From Nannocystis sp. RBIL2 (GTDB lineage Bacteria; Myxococcota_A; Polyangia; Nannocystales; Nannocystaceae): a stretch of DNA of 64,000 nt. The first letter of the stretch is position 1, and the number at the start of each line of letters is the position of its first letter. Under the pieces are notes generated by a model. That model was not told the origin of the DNA. It made no database searches and saw only the letters and a program-made list of their open reading frames with translations. Made by a program: the position numbers and the translations under genes. The stretch is taken from assembly GCF_026626745.1 (NCBI RefSeq), contig NZ_JAPNJW010000002.1, positions 1,382,151 through 1,446,150 on the forward strand, written 5' to 3'. Shown piece after piece: positions 18,384-28,311 of the stretch.

Positions 18384-18527
18384 TCTGTCCATTTGGGCAT
18401 GTCCATTCAGACATGGCTCAAAAGACAGCAACGAACGTGAGGCCGGTTACGTGAGCATCGCGCGGGCGTTCGACTCTGTCTCTTCAAGAATGTCCTCCAG
18501 GACATGTCCTCTCGGGCATGTCCTCGA
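18384..18527. repeat. Two 14-bp-period arrays (3 units each) between convergent genes
   Basis: Array 1 has centres at 18384 (TCTG), 18398 (CATG) and 18412 (CATG). Array 2 has ATGTCCTC at 18490, 18504 and 18518. Both lie between stop 18370 (+) and stop 18548 (-). Confidence 0.8.
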
Positions 18528-18547
18528 CCCATCACCCCGGCCGCGCC

Positions 18548-19681
18548 TCACTTCGGCTGCAGCTCGCGGAGCCGCTCCTCCAGCTCCGCCTTCAGCTCCG
18601 GGTCCGTCGCCTTGGCGATCTGCTGCTCGATCAGCTTGACCTGGACCACCCGCAGCGCGTCCTCGGCCGGCACCGCGATGTCGGGTTGCACGCCCACCCC
18701 CTCCCAGTTCGTCTTCGAGACTGGGTTTATCGCCCGGCCCGTCGGCACGAACGCCCGGAAGTGGTCGCCGAGGCGGACCATGTCGCCCGGGTTCGCCCCG
18801 CCCCACGTCACCTCGCCGACGATCGTCGCCCGCTTCAGGTTCTTCAGGTTGTACGCGAACTCCTCCGCCGCCGACCCCGTGCGCGGGCTCGTCAGCACGT
18901 AGACCTCGCGGCCCACGTAGGACTCGCCCGGCACCGGCGACGTCCAGAACTGGCGCGTCTCGTTGGCTGGCCGGAAGTACAGGTCGTTCAGGTGGACCGG
19001 CTCGTCGAACAGATAGCTGCACAGGTACGCCACCATCTCCGGCGATCCGCCCCCGTTGCGGCGCAGGTCGACGATCAGCGCGTCGGTCTCCGCCAAAAAC
19101 GCCATCGCCGCCGACGCCGCCTCGAACCCGCGGCCGGGGAACGCGAACCCGCGCACTTCCAGGTAGCCGATGTTGCCGGGCAGCCGCTCGACCTTCTCGA
19201 ACCCCCCGTTCATGCGGCGCGAGAAGTCCTCGAAGCGAGCCAGCTCCTCGGCCGACGGCTTCCCCTCGGTCTGCTGCGGCGGCAGCGTCTCCTTGCTGAA
19301 GCGGACGTGGAAGTGCGCGTCGCGCAGCACCTCGTTGATGTCGTTCGTCAGCGTCGTCGCCAGCGCGTGGCCCGTCGTGATCTTGTCGTACTCGCCGCGC
19401 TTGCGGCGGGCGCGGATCACCTTGGCCACCTCGTTGGCCTTGGCCGGGAACACGTACTTCGCCGTCAGTTCGCGCGCCAGCGCCTCGACCGCCTCCTCGC
19501 GCTCCGCCGCGGTGATCGGCCCGTCCGGCCCTCTCGGCGGCGGCGCCTTCGGCACTGCCATCTGCGGCCCGCCGGAGCTCGGCGGCGTCGCGGCCGGACT
19601 GGCGACCGCCGCCTTCGCGCAGCCGATCGTGTGCAACGTGGATAGCGCCAACCAACCGAGGATCACTGTCGACAATCGCAT
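18548..19681 (-). CDS. S41 family peptidase (lipoprotein)
   Basis: 377 aa; signal/lipobox LSTLHTIGC; GNIGYLEVRGF, VDLRRNGGGS, LTSPRTGSAAEEF. Confidence 0.85.
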   Translation of the reverse strand: MRLSTVILGWLALSTLHTIGCAKAAVASPAATPPSSGGPQMAVPKAPPPRGPDGPITAAEREEAVEALARELTAKYVFPAKANEVAKVIRARRKRGEYDKITTGHALATTLTNDINEVLRDAHFHVRFSKETLPPQQTEGKPSAEELARFEDFSRRMNGGFEKVERLPGNIGYLEVRGFAFPGRGFEAASAAMAFLAETDALIVDLRRNGGGSPEMVAYLCSYLFDEPVHLNDLYFRPANETRQFWTSPVPGESYVGREVYVLTSPRTGSAAEEFAYNLKNLKRATIVGEVTWGGANPGDMVRLGDHFRAFVPTGRAINPVSKTNWEGVGVQPDIAVPAEDALRVVQVKLIEQQIAKATDPELKAELEERLRELQPK

Positions 19682-19702
19682 CTTCGCCTCACCTCTTCGA
19701 CT

Positions 19703-20275
19703 TCACTTCGCGCCGCGCGTCCGCGCCCGTGCCGGCGCCGGCTTGCCCCGCGCCGGCTTGCCCCGCGTCGGCTTCGCCCGTGCCGACCGCTTCGCCGCGC
19801 GTCGAGCCTCCGCCGCCGGCGCGACCACGCTCTTCAGCAGCAGCGCCGCCATGCGCCGGACCTCGACCTCGACCTTCGCCCGCTCGCCGAGCTCGGCGAC
19901 GCTCAGGCTGAACGGCAGGAACGCATTGGTCGCCTTCACCAGAGTCGACGCAGTCGCCGCCGCGTCCTCGACCTCGAACCGCCCGCACGCCACGCCGGCC
20001 GCCAGCACCCCGGCCACCAGCGCCACCTCGCGCTCCATGTGAGCTGTCCTTCGGGCCATGTACCCCGGCCGCACCGCCTCGAACAGCTCGTCGAGGCTCT
20101 GGCGGTACGCGCTGACGCTGTCGAACCGCCGCAGCACCCGCTCGATCAGCACCGCGCGCAGCACCTCGGCCGGATCGCCGCCCCCGCTCGCCAGCGCCAC
20201 CAGCCGCGCGTACGTCTGCGCCACCACCCGGTCGATCGACGACAGCCCGACCTCTTCCTTGCTCGGGAAGTACCA
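19703..20275 (-). pseudogene. TetR-family regulator, 5'-truncated (HTH domain missing)
   Basis: ORF 19703..20389. Recognisable TetR sequence starts at WYFPSKEE (the end of the HTH domain) at 20275 and continues as the ligand-binding domain. Everything upstream is the 3' end of the integrase gene in another frame. Confidence 0.7.
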
Positions 20276-20276
20276 T

Positions 20277-21326
20277 TTAGTTCGTAAACGTACGTTTAGA
20301 CCGCATCTGGACCACGTTGCCAAGCTTTGCCTGACCTTTGCCAAGTCGAGAGGACCGGGCCTCCAGCGCGGCGATGGCTTGCTTGGCAAGCGCGAGCTTG
20401 TTCACATGGACATAATACAGCAGGGTCGTCTGAAGATCCGAGTGACGGGCAAGAGCCTGAAGCGCGTACGGGCTCTCGCCGGCCTCGGCCAGGTGGGTGA
20501 GCACGGAGTGACGGATCCGGTGCGGCCCGCGGACCTCCACACCGGCCCGGACCTGGATCTTGTTCACGATCCACGCCAGCGCTTGATCCGTGGTGTGAGC
20601 GCGCCGTCCCCTCTTGGGCAGGAAGACGAACTTCACGTCGGGCCGCGTCGCCAGAAGCTCCCGGAGAGCTTCCTTCAGACGGGACGTCAGCGGGATCGTC
20701 CCGACCTCGCCCTTAGGGCTGTCCTGGAAGACACAATGGGAGACGTTCCGCTGGATCGTCATGCCCACGTCCCAGTTGATGTCCGACCACTGGAGGCCGG
20801 CGCATTCACCAATGCGCATGGCGCCGTCCACCAGCAGCAACATCAGGACTCGCTCTTCCAGGTCCTCGGCCGCATCGATCTGCTGCTCAAGCTCCGCCTC
20901 GGTGTAAACGTCCACCTTCTTTTTCTCGGCCTTGGGCCACTTGAGCGACGGAATCGCATGCATGGCTGGGAGCTTCCCCCGCTCCTTCGCCCAGTTAAGG
21001 CAAGCGGTAAGTTTCTGCTCCGCCAGCTCGATTGAACTTCGGACGCATCCACGCTCCATCATCCGCGAGCGAAGGTTCGCAAGATGCTCTTTCGCGATTT
21101 GGTCCGCACGGACCTTGCCCAGCAACGGGCCGAGGTCTTTGCGGTAAATGCTACGGTATCCGGATTGAGTGGAAGCTTTCTGATGGCGAATGTGCTCGTT
21201 GTCGAAGTCGATCCACAATTCGGCCAGCTTGGGGACTCTTTTCTCAGGTTCTTTCTTGTCCTCCTTCTTCTTCTCCGTCGCGTCTGCCTTGGGCGCGCCT
21301 TTGCACGCTTCCAAGAACATCTCCAT
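20277..21326 (-). CDS. Tyrosine recombinase / phage-type integrase
   Basis: 349 aa; the C-terminus GPHRIRHSVLTHLAEAG...LARHSDLQTTLLYYVH carries HxxR and the catalytic Tyr context. It has more A/T-ending codons than the flanks. The stop codon (20277-20279) sits exactly at the junction with the TetR remnant. Confidence 0.9.
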   Translation of the reverse strand: MEMFLEACKGAPKADATEKKKEDKKEPEKRVPKLAELWIDFDNEHIRHQKASTQSGYRSIYRKDLGPLLGKVRADQIAKEHLANLRSRMMERGCVRSSIELAEQKLTACLNWAKERGKLPAMHAIPSLKWPKAEKKKVDVYTEAELEQQIDAAEDLEERVLMLLLVDGAMRIGECAGLQWSDINWDVGMTIQRNVSHCVFQDSPKGEVGTIPLTSRLKEALRELLATRPDVKFVFLPKRGRRAHTTDQALAWIVNKIQVRAGVEVRGPHRIRHSVLTHLAEAGESPYALQALARHSDLQTTLLYYVHVNKLALAKQAIAALEARSSRLGKGQAKLGNVVQMRSKRTFTN

Positions 21327-22827
21327 CCCACGTTCCTCCGGACCTTACTGTACTGCTGCATCATCTCGTCGGTCAGCCGTCGCTGGCATTCCAGGTGCTC
21401 GGCGAACATCATCGAGCCGAGTTTCAGGATGGCCGCCATGGGCGCGAGCACCGGCTCGGCGGGGCGGACATCGGGGCCGCCGGCGGGCGACGGACCAGCG
21501 CTGGACACGTTTTCGCCACCGAGCTGCCCGATCGTGCCATCGATCCAGAGCCGCTTGCCCGGATAGAGTCGAAGGAACAGCTCTACCGACTCCTGCAACT
21601 TGTCCTTTGGAACATGCACTTCAAGACACGCGCGATCCTGAGCGTCGAGCAACCTCACCCCATGCACGGCAGCAACCTCCGCCCGAACACTGGCACTCGC
21701 GAACGGGTGCGCAAGTGCCTAATTTCGACCACCAACGCCAGTTGGGTGTCGCTTGAGCATCTTCGAGCGGGACCGTGGAGACGCGGTTCATCGCAATTTT
21801 GTGTACGCATTCCTGTGTCGATCGATGGACAGCGCTGCGCCGATTGCTGCACGCATTGCTCCAGCAGAGCTGTACGCGTTGCTTGGCGCATCGCCGCTGG
21901 ACGCTGTATACGTTGCAGTGCACAGTCACCTCGCGCGTGCTAGCCTGAGCCGTCGATGAGGGCGATGGCGTTTGACGAGCAAGGGGGGATGCGGGACGTG
22001 CTCGACATGTTCAAGCACTGGCACGAGTTCTGTCGTGCCACGGCCAAGGGCTTGGCGAGCACCCCGGATGACGAGCTCTTCGTAGTCCGGCAGCTCGGGC
22101 TCCCGAGCAGCCGGGTGCTCGCCGTCGTCGATCCCGAAACCCGGCACAGCCCGTCCCCTCGATCGCCCCCCTCACCACCGCCACCCTGGGCGGCATGTTG
22201 ATAACCTTGCTCGTCTCCCTGTTCGCCCGGGCTTCCTGCGACTTCCAGCTCGCCGGCCCGGTCAGCGAGGCCAGCGAGGCCCCGAGGCTCGTGCAGGCCG
22301 CGCGCAGCGCTCCGTGATCATCGCCGGGCGCCTCGGCTCCCCAGGTCCGAAGCGGGCCACGAGCGCGGGGCGCCTCGCGTGCCAGGTCGGCGGTACATCG
22401 ACCAGTGTGATGCGCGAGCGAGGTATGGACCTCGTCGTGATTACCCGGCGAGCGGCGCTTCCGACAGACTGCCGAAGCCCCGCTTCGCCGAGCTCGACGC
22501 CGAAAGTTCGGCCAGCGGGGCGCACGCCGGTGCGCGTGTCCTGGAAGCCAACCAGCCGACTGGAGCACATCCGTCACGTCCGCCCGCGGGCAGGAACTCC
22601 AGCGACGGGCAGTTCGCTCCGGTGGCCCCGGGGCGCCACGACCCCGGAACGGCGCCACGCGCGAGACAGCCAATCATGGGCCTCGCATCTCGGTGCGCAA
22701 GTACCACCGCCGCCACCGCCACGCATCGGCTGCAGCGGCACCAACGGCTCCCGCCCGTTTCCAGCGGCCCAATCGTGCGCAGGCGGGTTCACCGTCGACG
22801 AGGGGCCTCGACGTTGTACGCCCGCGG

Positions 22828-25800
22828 TCAGCGGCGCCGGCGCCGGCGCAGGCCCAGCAGCGCCAGCCACGGTAACGCCTGGGCCAGCGGGGCCGGGCCG
22901 TCCTCACCGACGACGCAACCACACCCGGCCGAGACGTTGGCCCCGGGCCCGGTGTCCGAGGCTTCGCCGGCCGACGTGCTGCCCTCGGTGGGGTCGGTCG
23001 AGGCGCCGGTGGTCGGCGCCTCTCCGCTCTCGTCCCCGTCGGTGGGGTCCTCGGAGGGGACGCACGAGCCGGCGTCGGGGATCCAGCGCGGAAACGGCGA
23101 GTTGGTGAGACCTGAGATCGAGATGTCGTCGATGTCCCAGCCGGGTGCGCTGTAGGCTCCGTTGGTGCCGACGCGGAAGCGAAGGCGCATCGTCAGCCCC
23201 GCGAGCTTCTTGCCGAGGTTCACGCTCCAAGGCTTGCGCGTCGGGTAGCCATAGCTCTCGCCGACGAAGGCGGGACGTCCGGTCAGCACATTGCCGTTGG
23301 CGCTGATCTCGCCGTTATAGCCGGCCTCTGGGAGGACCAGGTTGAGATCGTGCCAGTTCTCGCCGTCGTCGCTCGAAAGCTCGATCACGCCGCCGTCCCA
23401 CGGATGATCGTTGATGAAGTCGAAGCTGAACGCATGCTCGAAGCTGAGCACGAAGTCCTCGTCCTTCGACACGACCAGCGGCGGCGAGACCAGGCTGACG
23501 TCGCTGTTCGTCGGGATGTCGGCGGCATGCCAGACGTGGCCGGGGCCGTTCCCCATGCGCGACCAGACCAGCTCGCCGAGCTCGCCCTCGACGGTCCACG
23601 GCGTCTCGTCGACCTCGACGTCGTCGCTCGTCGAGCTCGCCATCTGGCGGTCGGCATGGCCTTGACCGCGCAGCAGCAGTTGGCCGGGCGCCTCGCACCC
23701 CTCCGCCCCGTTGACCCGCAGCCGGAGCGCGATGGGCTGCGGCGCGGTCACCGTATCGGCGAGCGCGACCGTGATCTTCACCGTGGTCTTCTCCAGCGGC
23801 GCGAGCTCCGGCAACGCCACCGCGAGCCCGTCGGGAAACACCAGCGCCGGATCGAACTCCGCCACCTCGAGCTTCGATCCGGGCGGGAGCGGCACCATGC
23901 CGGCGTTGAACACCTCGACCTCGACCTGCCCGACCTCGCCGACGTCGAGCACGCCGTCGTGGTCGCACGACGCGAGGTCGTCGCTCAGCTTCGCGGTGAG
24001 CGGGACGCCCCGCCCCCGCACCTCGAAGTCCTCCTTCACGCCCTGGAAGGTCTCCGAGTAGCGCGGCGGCGAGACGGCGCAACTGCCCGCCCCGCGGCGC
24101 GCGAACGCGGCGGCGAACCTCGTCGCGTCCGCCGCGCTGGTCGCCGCGACGGCCATCAGCAGGGCGTCCCGCTGCTCGGTATGGGTCGCGTCCGGCGGCG
24201 CCAGCATCATCGCGGCGACCACGTAGTCGGACATCCGCCGCCGGACCTCGTCGAACGTGAGGTCGCCCTTGTGGGCCTCGTGCAGCGCGACGTAAGCCTC
24301 CCACAACATCGACGCCCACACCTCGCCGGCGTTGTGCTGCTGGCTGTTCGGGCTCGGCGACTTCTTGACCGGGTGGTCGTCCGGCAGCGGCTCGCCGTCG
24401 GCGATGTGGCGGAAGCTCAGGGCGTTTCGCGTCGGGTCGACCGAGTACGGCACGCGCCGAAAGCCGAAGTAGCCGGTCGAGTCGAGATTGGCGTACTGAC
24501 CGATGACGAAGGCCCGGTCGAGGTCGTCGCCCTCGCGCAGGCTCATCAGCAGCGCGTTGAAGTCGCCCCACCCCTCGCTCTGGGCCCGGCCCGCCGCGCT
24601 GCCGGTGAAGGCGAGGCGGTAGTGGAGGAAGTGCCCCCACTCGTGCGCGACCAGCAAGTTGTCAAGGGCGCCGTCTCGATCCGGGCTCGGAGCGCCGGCG
24701 ATGTGCACGGTCTGCTGGCCGAGTTGCAACGCCGCCTCGATCGCGTCACCCGCGGCCTTGCTCGTGCCGACGGCGGGGATCGACGGATCGACGATGTCCT
24801 CCGAGTCTTGGAGCTCGGGCGGGTTGAGGTCGTTGCTGGCGCTGACGAGGACGACTCCGACCGCCCCGGCGGCCTCGGCGGCGGCGACCTTGAACTCGTC
24901 GTCGCAGCCGCCGCGTTTGATCAGCGCGATCTGACCGCTCACGTCGTTCAGCGGCGGATCGCAGCCGTCGCCAGGGTTCACACCGCCGGCGTCGACGACC
25001 TGCACCATCGTCGCCGTCACGTCGAAGTTCTCCGGGCCGAAGCTCGCCGCCCGCGCATTGAACTGCTGGTTCAGCGGCGTCAGCTCGAGGTCCGCCAGCG
25101 CCGCCGGATCGAACAGCAAGATCTCCATCCGCGGCGAGGCGCCGTCGACCGGGGTCCCCATCCAGCCGTTGTTGCGCAGCCCGCTGAAGGTGCCCTCCTG
25201 CGCCTCGACGAGCATCGGGTCGCCCTCGGTCCCACCGCGCCCGAAGTTGTCGGCCTGCGCGTTGCCGGTCGCCTCGGTGAACCCGGACTCGTACCACCAG
25301 TCGTGCTGCCAATTGGCGACGTAGAACAGGTTGACGGCGACCGCCTTCCACTGCGTCTCATTCGCACGCGGGCCGAGGGCGGGGTCGTACACGTGATCGA
25401 ACACGCCGGGCGAGGTCGCCGTGGCGCGGAGCCGATCCCCGGGCTCGGGATTGTCGCGGCTCGGATCGACGTAGGCGTCGACGTTGTTGCCCCGGGTCTC
25501 GGTCGCGGCCGGCGGCAGCCACGGGTCGGGCTCGCCGTCGGGGTTGGTGTTGAAGCCCTCCATCGTGATGAGCGCGGGCTCCGTGAACTTCGTCGGGCCC
25601 TTGCCCGGGACGCCCGTCGGGTGCGGGTTGTAGTCGATCGTCGGGCCGTCGAGCGGCCGCCCGTCTTTTCCGGGCTCGGCCCACGCCCGGTATTGATGGG
25701 AGTGGGCGGTCGCGTCGCGGCGGTATAGGAGCTGGCCGTCGTCGGCGGCGACGATGTATTGATAGAGGTCTTCCTGCCCGTCGAGCGAGGTCTGCAGCTC

Positions 25801-26571
25801 GACGAAGTGCCCCGGCACCAGCCTGTCGCCGAGCGGGAAGTAGACCGGCCGCACGCGCGCGGGCTCGCGGAATCGTAGCCGCCCGCCGGACGTGAGCGCG
25901 TAGTGACGCCATTCGGCCCGCGTCTCCCTCGCCGCGAGCGCGACCTCCCCGATGTCGCCGTGGAGGTCGCGCAGGGCGATGCCGATCGCACGCTCGGCGG
26001 ACAGCGCGAAGGCCGGCGCCCGCCCGGGCAGCGCCGCCGGGTGTGGGGTCCCCGAGATCGCCACCAACCGGCGCGTGCGATCGAGCAGGAGCTTGATGTC
26101 GGCCTGGAACACGTCGACGCCGTCCACGGTCTGCCGCAGCGCGACGATGATCCCGCCGCGCCCGGTGTCGTGGGTGTACAGGTGACGCGCCGCCGCGAGA
26201 GCCGCCCGCGTGACGCCGTAGCTCGGCGCATGGCGCTCGAGATGCGACCGCGCGGCCGCCTCGAGCGACATCGACTGCGGCGATGGCTCGGCGAGCGGGG
26301 TCCACAACAGCGAGGGCGCGCCGCGCCCCGGCTCCCGCGCCACCGCGACCCCCGCGGCGACTGGCGCGGGTGGGGCCGGAGGGACAGACATCGCCGCATG
26401 GAGGTTCGGCAGATCGCGCGCTCGCGCGTCAGCGGAGAGGACGTAGAGGCAAGTCAGGGAAAGAGCAGGAAATAATAAGCGAATGGCCACCCAAACAAAG
26501 AGATGAGTAACGGCGTATTGGTTGATACACCCGCAGCGAGCTGCCGGTGATTTGTCGCACGCCCAATGCAA
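22828..26571 (-). CDS. Secreted M36 (fungalysin-like) metalloprotease with PA domain and MYXO-CTERM-type tail
   Basis: 1247-aa ORF. HEWGHFLHYRL plus SEGWGDF (M36-like). PA-domain-like IALIKRGGCDDEFKVAAAEAAGAVGVVLV. C-terminus GCGCVVGEDGP...LPWLALLGLRRRRRR. The likely true start is GTG 26490 (signal peptide AIRLLFPALSLTCLYVLSADA). Confidence 0.9.
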   Translation of the reverse strand: MHWACDKSPAARCGCINQYAVTHLFVWVAIRLLFPALSLTCLYVLSADARARDLPNLHAAMSVPPAPPAPVAAGVAVAREPGRGAPSLLWTPLAEPSPQSMSLEAAARSHLERHAPSYGVTRAALAAARHLYTHDTGRGGIIVALRQTVDGVDVFQADIKLLLDRTRRLVAISGTPHPAALPGRAPAFALSAERAIGIALRDLHGDIGEVALAARETRAEWRHYALTSGGRLRFREPARVRPVYFPLGDRLVPGHFVELQTSLDGQEDLYQYIVAADDGQLLYRRDATAHSHQYRAWAEPGKDGRPLDGPTIDYNPHPTGVPGKGPTKFTEPALITMEGFNTNPDGEPDPWLPPAATETRGNNVDAYVDPSRDNPEPGDRLRATATSPGVFDHVYDPALGPRANETQWKAVAVNLFYVANWQHDWWYESGFTEATGNAQADNFGRGGTEGDPMLVEAQEGTFSGLRNNGWMGTPVDGASPRMEILLFDPAALADLELTPLNQQFNARAASFGPENFDVTATMVQVVDAGGVNPGDGCDPPLNDVSGQIALIKRGGCDDEFKVAAAEAAGAVGVVLVSASNDLNPPELQDSEDIVDPSIPAVGTSKAAGDAIEAALQLGQQTVHIAGAPSPDRDGALDNLLVAHEWGHFLHYRLAFTGSAAGRAQSEGWGDFNALLMSLREGDDLDRAFVIGQYANLDSTGYFGFRRVPYSVDPTRNALSFRHIADGEPLPDDHPVKKSPSPNSQQHNAGEVWASMLWEAYVALHEAHKGDLTFDEVRRRMSDYVVAAMMLAPPDATHTEQRDALLMAVAATSAADATRFAAAFARRGAGSCAVSPPRYSETFQGVKEDFEVRGRGVPLTAKLSDDLASCDHDGVLDVGEVGQVEVEVFNAGMVPLPPGSKLEVAEFDPALVFPDGLAVALPELAPLEKTTVKITVALADTVTAPQPIALRLRVNGAEGCEAPGQLLLRGQGHADRQMASSTSDDVEVDETPWTVEGELGELVWSRMGNGPGHVWHAADIPTNSDVSLVSPPLVVSKDEDFVLSFEHAFSFDFINDHPWDGGVIELSSDDGENWHDLNLVLPEAGYNGEISANGNVLTGRPAFVGESYGYPTRKPWSVNLGKKLAGLTMRLRFRVGTNGAYSAPGWDIDDISISGLTNSPFPRWIPDAGSCVPSEDPTDGDESGEAPTTGASTDPTEGSTSAGEASDTGPGANVSAGCGCVVGEDGPAPLAQALPWLALLGLRRRRRR

Positions 26572-26661
26572 CTACATCCCGGAGCGCTGGCAGTCCGGAT
26601 ACGCGGGGATGTAGGCCGGGCAATTTTGTTTCGTCGATTGCAGCGAGCGGAGCCCGACTCC

Positions 26662-26997
26662 TCACGTCGATGGCGGTGGCGCTCGCAACAGCGCACATCG
26701 CCGGCGGGCGACCGATGATACCGACGCGCGGCGAAGGCGGCACGCCGGCCGCGAGGTCCGCGAGTACGACCACAGGACCAGAACCGCGGTGATGAGCCCG
26801 AGCAGGCCGCGCATCAGACGAACCGTCGCCCACGCCGACGTGTCGCTCGTCGCGTCGGCCATGTCGCCGACGCTGACCATGAACGCGCTGAGACCCAGCG
26901 GGAGCGCGACCAGCCGCGCGCGCGGCCACGGCAGCGTCACCAGGAGACCGACCCACGCCACCATACGGATGCCCGACCCACGTGTTGAGCTGTTCAA
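26662..26997 (-). CDS. Small hypothetical membrane protein
   Basis: 111 aa with 2-3 hydrophobic helices and GC3-rich codons. No family recognised. Confidence 0.35.
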   Translation of the reverse strand: MNSSTRGSGIRMVAWVGLLVTLPWPRARLVALPLGLSAFMVSVGDMADATSDTSAWATVRLMRGLLGLITAVLVLWSYSRTSRPACRLRRASVSSVARRRCALLRAPPPST

Positions 26998-27168
26998 GAC
27001 CTCGCGAGACCCTCAGGCGGACAGGAGCAGGGGCGGGCGGTACGGGCGACAACGTGGGAACGAGCGCGGCCGGTCTCTCGGCAAGCGACGCACCGGCGGT
27101 GCTCAGGGCGCGGCGGTCGAGCCCCGCGCGCTCGCAGACGTAGACAGGCCCAGCGGCGCACGCCTACG

Positions 27169-28302
27169 ATGCGCCCGATGAATCTCGACGTATCCGATGT
27201 ATTGCAGCAGGCGCCCTTCGTCGTGCTCCGGATCGACGCCGACGCGCGCATTCTCGACTGGAACGACGAGGCCGGCGCGCTGCTCGGCCTCGACCCCGCG
27301 CGTGACCGCGGCCGGACGCTCGCTGAGCGGGTCCCCGTCGAGGGCGGCGACGTGGCGTGGCGCGGGCTGCTCGGCGCGGCGCGCGGCGCCCGGCGCACCT
27401 GGACCACCCGCCGCGACGATCGCACCTTCACGTGTACCTGGCTCGTGCAGCCGCTGCGCGACCCGACCGGCGCGCCCGCCGGCGCGATGCTCTACGGTCG
27501 TGACGTAAACGTCGAGACCGAGACCGAGCGGCGCATCCACCTCGAGCGTACCGCTCTGCGGGCGATTCTCGACAACCTCGCGCTCTCCGTCTGGATCATC
27601 GACCCGAAGGGCGACTACCTGTTCGCCGAAGGCAAGGGCCTCGCGCACTTCGGGCTCACGCCGGACATGCTCGCCGGCGGCAACATCCTCACGGCCTTCC
27701 CCGACAACCCGGCGACCGAGACGATCCGCGCCGGGCTCTCCGGACAGCACGCGCACTACCCCTCGGTCGAGGCGGGCTACGACTTCGAGAACTGGCAGAT
27801 CCCCGTGCGCGCGCGCGGTGGCGAGGTCACCGCGCTCGTCGGCGTCACCCTCGACGTCACCGAGATGCGACGCAACGAGCGGGAGCTGCAGACCCGCCTC
27901 GAGCAGATCGAGCGTCAGCAACAGGCGATCCGCGAGCTCTCGACGCCGATCATCCAGGTCTGGGACCACGTCCTCACCCTGCCGATCATCGGTCTCGTCG
28001 ACAGCGTGCGCACCGCAGAGATCATGGACAGTCTGCTGCAGGCGGTCGCGCGCTCCCGGGCGCGCTTCGCAATCCTCGACCTGACCGGGGTCGACGTCGT
28101 TGACACCGGCACCGCGAGCCACCTGCTCGGCCTGATCCGCGCGATCCGCCTGCTCGGCGCCGAGGGGATTCTGACGGGCATCCACCCGAACATTGCCCAG
28201 ACCATCGTCGCGCTCGGCTTCGACCTCTCCGGCTTGGTCGTCCGCTCGACGCTGAGCGAGGCGCTCCGGTTCTGCATCGCGCAGATGCAACCGGGCCGCT
28301 GA
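27169..28302 (+). CDS. PAS-PAS-STAS protein (RsbR-like stressosome/anti-anti-sigma type)
   Basis: 377 aa with two PAS-like segments. The C-terminal STAS reads STPIIQVWDHVLTLPIIGLVDSVRTAEIMDSLL...ILDLTGVDVVDTGTASHLL...ILTGIHPNIAQTIV. Confidence 0.85.
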   Translation: MRPMNLDVSDVLQQAPFVVLRIDADARILDWNDEAGALLGLDPARDRGRTLAERVPVEGGDVAWRGLLGAARGARRTWTTRRDDRTFTCTWLVQPLRDPTGAPAGAMLYGRDVNVETETERRIHLERTALRAILDNLALSVWIIDPKGDYLFAEGKGLAHFGLTPDMLAGGNILTAFPDNPATETIRAGLSGQHAHYPSVEAGYDFENWQIPVRARGGEVTALVGVTLDVTEMRRNERELQTRLEQIERQQQAIRELSTPIIQVWDHVLTLPIIGLVDSVRTAEIMDSLLQAVARSRARFAILDLTGVDVVDTGTASHLLGLIRAIRLLGAEGILTGIHPNIAQTIVALGFDLSGLVVRSTLSEALRFCIAQMQPGR

Positions 28303-28311
28303 GCGTCTGTT

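Noticed and set aside
21059-21667. A 202-aa ORF upstream of, and overlapping, the integrase gene by about 270 nt; possible excisionase or N-terminal integrase extension.
   Set aside because: No recognisable family. The large overlap with the complete integrase ORF argues against it, and only its first ~110 codons could be independent. Left unannotated.
20277-22828. tRNA or tmRNA as the integration target next to the integrase; also a T-loop-like GGTTCAAATCG at about 29461.
   Set aside because: No cloverleaf-compatible sequence could be read near the integrase. The junction lies inside a TetR coding sequence instead. The 29461 motif lacks a complementary T-stem.
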